Shown: positions 6,200-13,857, counted from the stretch's first letter. The stretch is 14,198 bases of DNA from an uncultured Verrucomicrobiae bacterium (GCA_937976685.1 CALJWR010000130.1:1-14198); one strand, 5' to 3'. Numbers and translations: made by a program. The notes: generated by a model from the letters alone, not told the origin.

Positions 6200-7903
6200 C
6201 TACACTTCGATGAATTCCTCGTAATCCTTGATCTGTCGGAACGTCCAGACTTGCGCCGAACGACCCCCGCCCAACGGCACTTCGTCCCCGGGCTGAATCC
6301 AGCGCGGATCACCGACTCCCCGGATGGCAAACGCCGCGCCCTGCCTCCACGCGACGAGGGGCCGAGCCTCCGGCAACACGGCCGCCAACGAGCAACAGCG
6401 GTTAAGCAATACGTACGTTTCCTTCACTGAATCGCGGCGCCGGATCACTACACAGGCTGGCGCCCCGGGAGGACAACGGTTCTCCATCGGACACGCGCCC
6501 CCCCCTGTCGTCGGACACGCCAGCGGTGTGACATCCGCCATCCATCCGCGCGATCCGCGTTTGACGGCATCGCCCAGCCCGATCGCTGTCGCCGTATCCG
6601 CTGGGAGTTCGGCGCTCCCTCCCGGCGGGATTCGGTCGGTCCCGACAAACGTCCCAAACGCCGACGGCCGGTCGATTCCGCTCTTCGGGTCCGGGCCAAG
6701 ATCTCGCACCACGCAGTGCCGGCCGTGGATCTCAATCCGTGCATGGCGGCGGCTGATGGAATTGTTGATGGCCGCCAGCGCCGTCTCCCACGCGCGACGG
6801 TCCCCATGCCAGGCCGGAAATAGACGGGTCATCACGTCGCACGCCGACGAACGCCCCAGTTGCCAGGAAGTCCCCGAAAGGAGATGAATCCGCCACCCAC
6901 CCACCACGAGGGTCAGACGCTCACTCCGGGCCCCTGGCGGCGGCTGCCCAAGGGGGAGCCCGGAGGACTCCACGGCCGTGGCCTCGGACGGCATCGCCGG
7001 GAACAGTTCCAGACGGCTCCACGCGCTTGGGACATTCTCAATTCGCGACAACATCGCATTGAGCGAATCATCCGCCCGCGCGTCTCGTTTCAGTTGTTCG
7101 ATATGGCCGAGGGCATGGCTGAAATCGACAATGCTGCCCCGATCGGCCTCGATATGGATGACCGTGGCCGCCCGGTTCAGCGCTTCGCGGGCGTTCTGCT
7201 GCTGTGAATGGATCGTGATGGAGAACTGCGTTTCGAACCATCGTTCCTCGCCGTTCAAACGGTAGCCGATTCGAAGCGTGACCGCGGGGTTCCCGACGAA
7301 TCGGGGACAGTAGCTCAACGCATGCGGCCACACCATCCCCTTGCGGGCGATCACCCGGCAGAGATGGATCTGCTGCTGCGCATCCTTGCCATCGCCGACG
7401 TTCAAATGAAGTTGAAGATTTTCGATGCCGTCGCTGTGAAACTTGAACCTGAACTCGAAACGCAACACGACGCCTTCGATGAACAGACGGGCGCGATTGA
7501 ACTCAACCGTCAAATCCTTGCAGTAAACCGGCGTCGATGTCCATGTCGATGTCTCGTCCGGAGCGCGCGACCGTGAACAGGACGTCGATGGCGGCAGCAC
7601 GCCGTCCAGAACTGGCAACAGCCCCCCACCCGGCGCCATCGGGTCCGCCGCCGACTCGGTCGGGACCGCCCAACCACCTGTCCGGGCCGGCACGGCCGCG
7701 TTCGAGAGCGCGGCGAGATCTATCGCATTGTAGCCGCCGAGAGCCACGCCGTCGGACAGATCGGAAACCGGCAGAACGCAGTCCGGTCGTGGATCCGCCG
7801 CCATCCGTGCACCGCAGAGGTGGCAGAACCGCGGCGGCGCCCCGTCGTCCGTGCGCGGCACCGGAGCCTTACAGTTGGAGCATCTCGCCACAGACTCGCT
7901 CAT
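6200..7903 (-). CDS. Zinc-ribbon + FHA-domain protein with additional uncharacterised domains.
   Basis: The true start is ATG at 7903 (MSESVARCSNCKAPVP...FCHLCGARM, a CxxC...CxxC zinc ribbon). It forms an ATGA overlap with the upstream gene's stop. The track ORF from 8095 is an Ala/Gly/Arg-rich extension with no start signal. The FHA signature is 'WQLGRSSACDVMT...ISRRHARIEIHGRHCVVRDLG..SAFGTFVGTDRI...ATAIGLGDAV' (GR...SRxHA...DLgS.nGTfVn...GD). A beta-rich middle domain and a Cys-rich C-terminal domain are unassigned. Confidence 0.8.
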   Translation of the reverse strand: MSESVARCSNCKAPVPRTDDGAPPRFCHLCGARMAADPRPDCVLPVSDLSDGVALGGYNAIDLAALSNAAVPARTGGWAVPTESAADPMAPGGGLLPVLDGVLPPSTSCSRSRAPDETSTWTSTPVYCKDLTVEFNRARLFIEGVVLRFEFRFKFHSDGIENLQLHLNVGDGKDAQQQIHLCRVIARKGMVWPHALSYCPRFVGNPAVTLRIGYRLNGEERWFETQFSITIHSQQQNAREALNRAATVIHIEADRGSIVDFSHALGHIEQLKRDARADDSLNAMLSRIENVPSAWSRLELFPAMPSEATAVESSGLPLGQPPPGARSERLTLVVGGWRIHLLSGTSWQLGRSSACDVMTRLFPAWHGDRRAWETALAAINNSISRRHARIEIHGRHCVVRDLGPDPKSGIDRPSAFGTFVGTDRIPPGGSAELPADTATAIGLGDAVKRGSRGWMADVTPLACPTTGGGACPMENRCPPGAPACVVIRRRDSVKETYVLLNRCCSLAAVLPEARPLVAWRQGAAFAIRGVGDPRWIQPGDEVPLGGGRSAQVWTFRQIKDYEEFIEV

Positions 7904-9186
7904 TGCGCCGGCGCCTCCGGAATCGCGTATGCGAAGTGGTCGGGCGCAGCCCGCGCCATGGCCCGAGCGTCCCCGGCCACGGCGCCGCCGTCCGGCACGT
8001 GCGCCAGCTCCCCCGGCCGCCGGTTCACATTCAGCGAGGGCGTCTGCGTGATCACCTGCTCGAAGTCCGCCACGCTGTGCCGCTCGATGCCACATCTCGC
8101 GTGGAACGCAACGAACGGCGCGGCCGGCTCCAATGCCGTCCCCAACCTGCGCGCGATCGCCGAACAGACCGCATGCCCAACGATAGAGCGCGGCGGCTGG
8201 CCCCAGATATGCAAAAAAGCCTCTTCAATCTCCGGCTCCGCTTCCTCCCACACCGCCATTGCGACCTGGGCCGTGTCCGGCCCGGCCGACGAATCCACCA
8301 CCGCCTCCAACGCCTCGGCCGGGGATCTGGCGCCGCAAATAGGCCGGCGCGCGTCCGTGCGAACTGCCGCCGCCGTCAACGGCGGAGGCGAGGGCTTCGC
8401 CGCTGGCCCCAGCGACCGGGCCTCGCGTTCCATCCATATGGCCCAGCCTTCATTGGCAAATCTCGTCGAGTTGAACTCCGTATCCCATTTTTCCCTCAAG
8501 ATGACGCCGTCCGTCGATGTCACGCTCTGCCTCGGATGACGTGCGCGCCGGTACCGTTGCGTCTGTAGAGCCCCCGACTCGCGCCCCCGCGCCGTGGTCG
8601 CGCCCAAGAGCCCGTGGCCCCATTGTTCGTGAATCGCTGTGTCGGTCATCGCCAACAGCACGCGCCAATCCGCCACGTCGGCTCTCGCCGACTCCAACTT
8701 GAACACCTGCGCGAGCAGCCATTCGATCAGGAAACAGCCCCGGCCGTCCAGGAACACGCCCCAGACGCCGCCATCGCGCCCCGCCTCAGTGACTTTGATT
8801 TGCTCTTCCAGCCAGGCCCAAACCTGGGCCATGCTGACGTCTTTGTGCGACAACAACAGCCCGTCGAACTCCTCCGCCATTCCGTACAACATCACGGGGA
8901 ACGCCCATCCCAGCCCATACCGGTTCACCCCTACAGACGACGTAAGGACCCGTTCCACCACCGCGATCTGCGGCACACCCCGGACCTCCCCCATCGCGGG
9001 CAACGGACGGGCGCGATTGGCCGGAACGCCGGCGACGGCCTGCGCATCGGAACGGCCGCTCCTCACGGCGGCCCCGCCCCCGTACACCGCTGGGTGCAGC
9101 CGCCGCCCGCAGCCGGGACAGTCGAAAGCGCCCGCGCTCGCGTCGCGCCCCCACCCACCGCACGTCGCCCTCGATCGATGCGCCAA
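7900..9186 (-). CDS. Hypothetical protein (no recognisable domain), translationally coupled to the ZnR-FHA gene.
   Basis: The long ORF has protein-like composition. Its stop TGA overlaps the downstream ATG (ATGA at 7900-7903). The start is uncertain: TTG at 9186 (28 nt after the upstream stop, GGGGG upstream) or ATG at 8994 (MGEVRGVPQIAVVERVL...). The antisense frames are Arg/Pro-rich junk. Confidence 0.6.
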   Translation of the reverse strand: MAHRSRATCGGWGRDASAGAFDCPGCGRRLHPAVYGGGAAVRSGRSDAQAVAGVPANRARPLPAMGEVRGVPQIAVVERVLTSSVGVNRYGLGWAFPVMLYGMAEEFDGLLLSHKDVSMAQVWAWLEEQIKVTEAGRDGGVWGVFLDGRGCFLIEWLLAQVFKLESARADVADWRVLLAMTDTAIHEQWGHGLLGATTARGRESGALQTQRYRRARHPRQSVTSTDGVILREKWDTEFNSTRFANEGWAIWMEREARSLGPAAKPSPPPLTAAAVRTDARRPICGARSPAEALEAVVDSSAGPDTAQVAMAVWEEAEPEIEEAFLHIWGQPPRSIVGHAVCSAIARRLGTALEPAAPFVAFHARCGIERHSVADFEQVITQTPSLNVNRRPGELAHVPDGGAVAGDARAMARAAPDHFAYAIPEAPAQ

Positions 9187-9213
9187 GTTCGGCCCCCGTC
9201 CTTATCGCCCCTT

Positions 9214-10905
9214 TCAGCGGAAAATCTGCTGCGTGCTCCCGCCGTGCCCCGCCTTGCCGACCGCCTCCACGGCGGCTTTCAGAATGCGCTCGAGCCGTTC
9301 CATCATCGCGTCCCCTTCCTCGCGACGTTCGCGGTACAGGCGTTCGAAATCCTCGCGCTTCACTCGCCCCATGTCCGCCAGCGCCGCCGCGGCCGCCGGG
9401 GATTCCGCCGCCACTCCAGCCAGAAGCTGCTCCGGCGTCATCCCCGCCGCGCGCGCCTGCTGATCCAACCGCAGCAAATGCTCTCGCCGCGATGGGTCGG
9501 GAATGGCCGCGATGAGGGTTTGCAGGTCCATCCCCTGGAAAGCAGCGGCTCTCTGTGCCTCCGCCTCCAACTCAATCCGGGATTTTTCCGCCTTATACTT
9601 CAGGTGCGCCGACATCGTCTCGCTTTGCACGCGGAGCCACTTCAGCGACTCCTCCACCTCGGCGTCCACCGCAACCGCCTTAATCCGGGCCTGCGTTTCG
9701 GCGTCCTGAACCAGCTTGCCCCGAGTGTAGTCATCCCATTGGAGCTTAACGCCAATCTCGTGAGCGGCCGCCTCCATCTCCCTCGCCATCTGGTACGCCG
9801 CTTCCTCCCGCTCCAGTTCATGGCGATGAACCAGGCGCAGCCGTTCCATCTCGTGATTCCGGTGCGCCTCGGAAACGTCCCGCTCCTGCGCCAGTTGCCG
9901 CACGTACGCCTCGAGATCCGCCTCCGTCTTGAACTGCTGCATCTTGTCCGTCGCCAGCAGTTCCCTGAGCCGCTGGTCGAACTCGATCTCGCGCCGCCGA
10001 ACCTCCAGCGCCCCGACCTTTTCGCGAAGCTTCTCGTACTCCGCACCGGTGAAACACACCGCCGCCAGACGAATCAGTTCCAACCCATGCCGCTCCAGCG
10101 CCGTGGCCAACGTCGTGGCCATCGCGTTCTCCAAGTGCAGCCGCCGATCCGGGCTCTTAACCAGATCCTCGATCGTCGAGGCCGCGCACAAGCTTTCTGC
10201 CGCCAGACGGATCTCCCCGGTCATGGGCCCGGCAAGCTCCGCATAGGACAGACGATCGGCATTCTTGAACAGGTTCTCCACGAACGCCGCCGCGCGCCGC
10301 TCGGTGAATCGAAGCACCGCTTCGGTGTACAGCTCCAGCGGCAGCTCTTCGGCGCTGCGCAATCCTTCCAGCCGCAGCGGCAGCACCACGTCGCCGGCCT
10401 CAACTAGAATGAACTCCCTCGGTGGCGGAGCGCCCCACCAATTGATCTTGCGCGCCGTGTTGTCCGGCATGTGTCGCCCCGGCCCCAGCACCGTCTCCAC
10501 GCGGCCCCCTTCCAGCAGGATCGCCGCCTCGCCAGTGTGCACAATCAGCCCGCCAGTTAGGATTCGTTGGACGTCGCCCACGTGGAACCTCTGCGCGAAC
10601 ACGCCGGGCTTTCTCGCCCAGCCCTCCGCGTTGATGTCGTCCCGCGACTCAGGGTGCAGGCGCTGCTTGCAATTCCAGCAGAACCGCGATTCGTTTCCGA
10701 CCCACTTCCCGCAGTTGGGACACTTCCACCATCCGCCCGGCGCTGTGCTGCCACACCGACTGCAGTTCCGAGCCGCTTTGGGCACGCGGTTCCCGCACCG
10801 CGGCCAATGTGGATTTTTCCGGGCTTCTTCGAGCGCGGCACCCGTCAACGCCTCGCCTGTCTTGGGATCGATCAGCGCTTGGCAGCGATCGGCAAATAGA
10901 CCCAT
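9214..10905 (-). CDS. Double zinc-ribbon + SPFH/Band-7 (flotillin-like) protein with a long EA/ER-rich coiled coil.
   Basis: The start is ATG at 10905, with a perfect SD AAGGAGG 6 nt upstream; the track's 11013 start lacks any signal. The N-terminus has four CxxC pairs (CGNRVPKAARNCSRCG...WKCPNCGKW...FCWNCKQ). The SPFH core is 'FHVGDVQRILTGGLIVHTGEAAILLEGGRVETVLGPGRHM...ILVEAGDVVLPLRL...' (compare SPFH 'G...GPGLHF'). The C-terminal ~250 aa form a coiled coil with 'IELEAEAQRAAAF' EA repeats like the flotillin C-terminus. Confidence 0.85.
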   Translation of the reverse strand: MGLFADRCQALIDPKTGEALTGAALEEARKNPHWPRCGNRVPKAARNCSRCGSTAPGGWWKCPNCGKWVGNESRFCWNCKQRLHPESRDDINAEGWARKPGVFAQRFHVGDVQRILTGGLIVHTGEAAILLEGGRVETVLGPGRHMPDNTARKINWWGAPPPREFILVEAGDVVLPLRLEGLRSAEELPLELYTEAVLRFTERRAAAFVENLFKNADRLSYAELAGPMTGEIRLAAESLCAASTIEDLVKSPDRRLHLENAMATTLATALERHGLELIRLAAVCFTGAEYEKLREKVGALEVRRREIEFDQRLRELLATDKMQQFKTEADLEAYVRQLAQERDVSEAHRNHEMERLRLVHRHELEREEAAYQMAREMEAAAHEIGVKLQWDDYTRGKLVQDAETQARIKAVAVDAEVEESLKWLRVQSETMSAHLKYKAEKSRIELEAEAQRAAAFQGMDLQTLIAAIPDPSRREHLLRLDQQARAAGMTPEQLLAGVAAESPAAAAALADMGRVKREDFERLYRERREEGDAMMERLERILKAAVEAVGKAGHGGSTQQIFR

Positions 10906-10925
10906 GGCCGTCCTCCTTGCCGCCG

Positions 10926-11297
10926 TCAGCGGCGTTTCGTTTCCTCGTCCCGCGCCGCAGCCGCAGAAGCTTCGTGCTCCGCGCACCGCCGCACTTTCCG
11001 TCGCGTCCAACAATCGTCACAGAGGGGGGCGCCGCACTCGACACAATGCTGCCGGACCGAACCCCGGCTGCGATAGGCCGTGCCGCACGCCGCACACACC
11101 AGCCGCGCCGCGTCCGTCTTTGTTTTCTCCAGAAAACTCTCGAGATCTCGGCGCTGGATCCGATAAACCTTGCCCAGCCGCGCCGCCGGGAGCTCGCCCG
11201 AGCGAACCAGCTTGTAGATGAGCTGATAGTTCACTCCCATCAGCTCCGCCACATCCTCCAGCGACATGAATTCCTTTTCGATTCGCGTCATGGCCAT
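10926..11297 (-). CDS. Excisionase-family (MerR-superfamily) HTH DNA-binding protein with a C-terminal zinc ribbon; probable cluster regulator.
   Basis: ATG at 11297 (MAMTRIEKEFMSLEDVAELMGVNYQLIYKLVRSGELPAARLGKVYRIQRRDLESFLE matches the excisionase-family HTH signature 'L...E.A..LgV....vY.Lv..G.lPa.r.G...ri...dle'). The C-terminus 'CAACGTAY...HCVECGAPLCDDCW' is a C4 ribbon. It lies 20 nt upstream of the SPFH gene. The track's longer ORF begins with TTG at 11345, inside the promoter region. Confidence 0.8.
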   Translation of the reverse strand: MAMTRIEKEFMSLEDVAELMGVNYQLIYKLVRSGELPAARLGKVYRIQRRDLESFLEKTKTDAARLVCAACGTAYRSRGSVRQHCVECGAPLCDDCWTRRKVRRCAEHEASAAAARDEETKRR

Positions 11298-11411
11298 ACC
11301 GCTATCGTTTGTATACTGATTATCTCTGTTTGTGTCTCTTGTCAATTGGTAGTCGGAAATATTTTTTTCACCAGTTCTGCCTCATGCTTGCCGCACCAGA
11401 CAGCCCGGCCG
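11298..11411 (-). promoter_or_regulatory. AT-rich intergenic region; candidate promoter/operator for the HTH-SPFH-FHA operon.
   Basis: This is the most AT-rich stretch of the window (TTTGTATACTGATTATCTCTGTTTGTGTCTCTTGTCAATTGGTAGTCGGAAATATTTTTTT). On the minus strand it reads as a perfect -35 TTGACA (11345-11340), a 15-nt spacer and GATAAT (11324-11319). The short spacer makes the -10 assignment uncertain. No SD precedes ATG 11297, so the mRNA is near-leaderless. TCTCTGTTTGT / TCTCTTGT are imperfect direct repeats. Confidence 0.35.
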
Positions 11412-11687
11412 CTACTTCAGCAGCAGGTATAGCCCGACCATGTCCGCAAGAAGGAACACCATGTGGGCGATCCACTGATGGCGTTTCTTCAACGATGGCG
11501 ACACTGCACGACGTGCCGCGCCAAGAGCCGGGGGCTCCTCCCTGAATGGCACGCGAGCCCGGCCGTCTTCTTCAGGACGTTCCACCGTCGACCCAGAAGC
11601 CGACTCCGGAAAACGGATCGACGGCCCGATGCGAATCTCATCCGGACGGTGCCCAGGTCTTCCGATGCGTATTTCGGGGCTGTCCAT
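11412..11687 (-). CDS. Small (91 aa) tail-anchored membrane protein. Hypothetical.
   Basis: SD GGAGG lies 7 nt upstream of the ATG at 11687, 14 nt after the stop of the upstream 664-aa gene. The N-terminus is hydrophilic with a short internal repeat (EIRIGRPG / EIRIGPS). A single C-terminal TM follows (WIAHMVFLLADMVGLYLLLK). Small size limits confidence. Confidence 0.5.
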   Translation of the reverse strand: MDSPEIRIGRPGHRPDEIRIGPSIRFPESASGSTVERPEEDGRARVPFREEPPALGAARRAVSPSLKKRHQWIAHMVFLLADMVGLYLLLK

Positions 11688-11700
11688 GTTTCAACCTCCA

Positions 11701-13695
11701 TTAATCGAAATTCCACTCGATCGCGGGACTCTTGTCCCCCTCTTGGCCGAGAATGAACTGCGCTGCCTTGACCACCCGCTCACCTTCCCGGATCTCTACG
11801 ACAACGCGTCGTTCCCCTGTACCGCGATAGTAGTGTGTCCAACATTTGTACCGGCCTTTCGGCGCCTGACCAACAGGCCAGAAGATGTTCTCCGGTCCGC
11901 CTGAGGTCGTGTCATCCCTGTCCAGTTGGCCGCCGCAAGGACATTCCATGGCGCGGTACCATATTCGATGGCCATTGGGATCGAGAACATGCAGGTCTAC
12001 GTCGTCTTTCGGTGGTATCCAGTATATACGGAAAGAGATGTCGCCGATTAACGGCGGGGGAAGCCGACGGGTGCCCAGAACATCCCAGTCCAAAACGTAA
12101 TTTCTTGCTTCAACTCCAACCAGCGCCCCATCCAAGGCGGTCCGCACCTTTTCCATCTTGCGAAATGCGCGAGCTGAATTGAAGATGCCTCTCTTGGACC
12201 TCACGATCTGAATACCGTGAAAGGACACGCGCAAGGCCTTGCCGGACAGCGGCAATCCTCTCGTGATCCTCGAAACCCGAATCGCTTTGCTCCCCACCGA
12301 TGTGGTCGCCGTCACGCCGGCCGACAGCGCCCGCTCAGGCAAAAAGAGCGACAACACATCCGCAACCAGCCCACCGGTTTCAGCGAAGAAATCCGGATTC
12401 ACTGATTCTCCGGTAGCCAGTGTATAGCCCCACGCGATTCCGCGCCCGGTCGCGCTCCCCATCGCGTTGGGAATCCCTCTCCACTCCCAATCTATCACCC
12501 CAGCTTCGTGCAGCAGTGTTGTGCCCGCCGATATCGCCGCATCTACCAGCAACACTAGACCGATCGTGGCCGTAATCGCGAAGTTCGGCCGCCCCTCGAT
12601 GGCTGCACCTGCTAGCACGTTGGCGCTGTTCATGCCGACCAGTGCGCTCACTGTCCACAGCGGCAACTCCGTCGTCGGCTTCTGCAGCGCAGATTCGCGC
12701 ATCTCGGAGAGCCCGATCGCCCGCATACCCGAAATGACATCGTCTTCCAACTCTATCATCCGAACAGGCGCGCCATTTTCCACGAGAACCAGCAGGTTCT
12801 CGACCGCCAGCCGCTCGGCCTCGAGCCGGGCCTCAAATCGGCTGCACTGGTAAAAAACGATTTCCATGGCGCTGTCCATGACGTAGAAGCTGGCGTAGCG
12901 GGCCTCCATCCGTCGTCCTGAAACGGGATCCTGCAACGAGAATGGCTCCGAGTGCGCTGTGGCAAGGATCGCCTCGCCCAGTTGCGCTGTCGTCTTCCGT
13001 ACCCCTCGCAACCGGAAGGTCAGCTCCTCGGGCATTAGAGGCGTCGATTGAGCAGCCCGAAAAGTGAAGACTTGCTCCGTGCCGTCAGGAATGAAACGCG
13101 CCTTCAACTGCGTCAACGCGGCGTTGGCCAGCAGGCCGAGCGATCGCAGTCCCTCATCGCCCCCGACCAGCCGGTCCCGTACCGGGTCGCGGAACAGCAC
13201 CGTGCCCGGCAGTTGGACTTCGCCCATGGTTTCGCCTCCGTAGGCCACATCCGCCAGATACCCGAAACCGTATCGCACCACGCGGTCCTCGCCCTGTCGT
13301 TCTCTCCGGACCTGCACCGTCCCTTCCTGCTGAATTCGGCAACCTCCCCGGCCATCCGTGTACTCCAGTGTCAACAGCGAGTGAAACACGGGATTCGTTT
13401 GCAAAGGATCCGGTAGAGTTGCCGGCAGCGCGGTCCGCCTCACGACGCGTTGCCACCACCGCCGCCAGAATCCACCGTTCGTAGAGACGGTGGTATCATT
13501 CAGTCCCCGTTCGCTGATTCGCGACAACAGACGGCGAATCGCACCCCCCGTCTCTTCCTGAGCCCTCGCCGGGGATTCCGATGGGGGCGCGCTGCGCCAT
13601 TGCTTCCAAAGCCCCGCTGAAAGAATCAAAACGGCAATACATCCGTGAATCACTGTTAGTCGCCCCAGCCGCGATATTTTCCGTGCGCCACTCAT
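11701..13695 (-). CDS. Large membrane-anchored exported protein with a C-terminal beta-sandwich domain resembling the YfaP-type (DUF2135-like) domain.
   Basis: SD GGAGAG lies 5 nt upstream of the ATG at 13695. The N-terminal signal anchor is LTVIHGCIAVLILSAGLW. An internal hydrophobic pair (LWTVSALVGMNSANVLAGAAI...ITATIGLVLLVDAAISAGTTLL) suggests additional TM helices. The C-terminus 'FRIYWIPPKDDVDLHVLDPNGHRIWYRAMECPCGGQLDRDDTTSGGPENIFWPVGQAPKGRYKCWTHYY' fits the 'DLDLHV.DP.G..I.Y.......GG.LD.D...G.GPE......AP.G.Y' pattern. Confidence 0.8.
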   Translation of the reverse strand: MSGARKISRLGRLTVIHGCIAVLILSAGLWKQWRSAPPSESPARAQEETGGAIRRLLSRISERGLNDTTVSTNGGFWRRWWQRVVRRTALPATLPDPLQTNPVFHSLLTLEYTDGRGGCRIQQEGTVQVRRERQGEDRVVRYGFGYLADVAYGGETMGEVQLPGTVLFRDPVRDRLVGGDEGLRSLGLLANAALTQLKARFIPDGTEQVFTFRAAQSTPLMPEELTFRLRGVRKTTAQLGEAILATAHSEPFSLQDPVSGRRMEARYASFYVMDSAMEIVFYQCSRFEARLEAERLAVENLLVLVENGAPVRMIELEDDVISGMRAIGLSEMRESALQKPTTELPLWTVSALVGMNSANVLAGAAIEGRPNFAITATIGLVLLVDAAISAGTTLLHEAGVIDWEWRGIPNAMGSATGRGIAWGYTLATGESVNPDFFAETGGLVADVLSLFLPERALSAGVTATTSVGSKAIRVSRITRGLPLSGKALRVSFHGIQIVRSKRGIFNSARAFRKMEKVRTALDGALVGVEARNYVLDWDVLGTRRLPPPLIGDISFRIYWIPPKDDVDLHVLDPNGHRIWYRAMECPCGGQLDRDDTTSGGPENIFWPVGQAPKGRYKCWTHYYRGTGERRVVVEIREGERVVKAAQFILGQEGDKSPAIEWNFD

Positions 13696-13857
13696 GACAG
13701 CTCTCCGCGTTTCGTCTCCACTGATTCACGATGTCCCGACTCTGCGATATCCTTCTTGGAACCTGGGCGATTCCGCACACTTGCCCTATCCTCCCGTACT
13801 TCCGTCATGATTCCTTCCTCCATCGGCGGTCGCGTCTTCATTTTTTCAAATTTCGAC

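Noticed and set aside
6200-8095. Full 631-aa extent of the six-frame ORF for the FHA protein (start at 8095).
   Set aside because: The first 64 codons are Gly/Ala/Arg-rich with no RBS and overlap the upstream gene by ~190 nt. The ATG at 7903 gives a zinc-ribbon N-terminus and a canonical ATGA stop-start overlap.
7537-8568. 343-aa and 239-aa + strand ORFs overlapping the ZnR-FHA and hypothetical genes.
   Set aside because: Both are extremely Arg/Pro/Ala-rich (RRPELATAPHPAPSGPPPTRSGPP...), as expected for an antisense artefact. The minus-strand genes have a coupled ATGA junction and recognisable domains.
8614-10407. 597-aa + strand ORF (and 8639-9463 + 274 aa) antisense to the SPFH and hypothetical genes.
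   Set aside because: The translation is Arg/Pro/Leu/His-rich low-complexity sequence with no start signal, typical of a spurious antisense frame in high-GC DNA. The opposite strand encodes a protein with clear SPFH motifs and an AAGGAGG RBS.
10926-11345. Excisionase-family HTH as evidence of a prophage or integrative element.
   Set aside because: No integrase, transposase, att-like repeats or phage structural genes lie anywhere in the window. The HTH is fused to a zinc ribbon and sits as first gene of a chromosomal-looking operon, so it is more likely a MerR-superfamily regulator.
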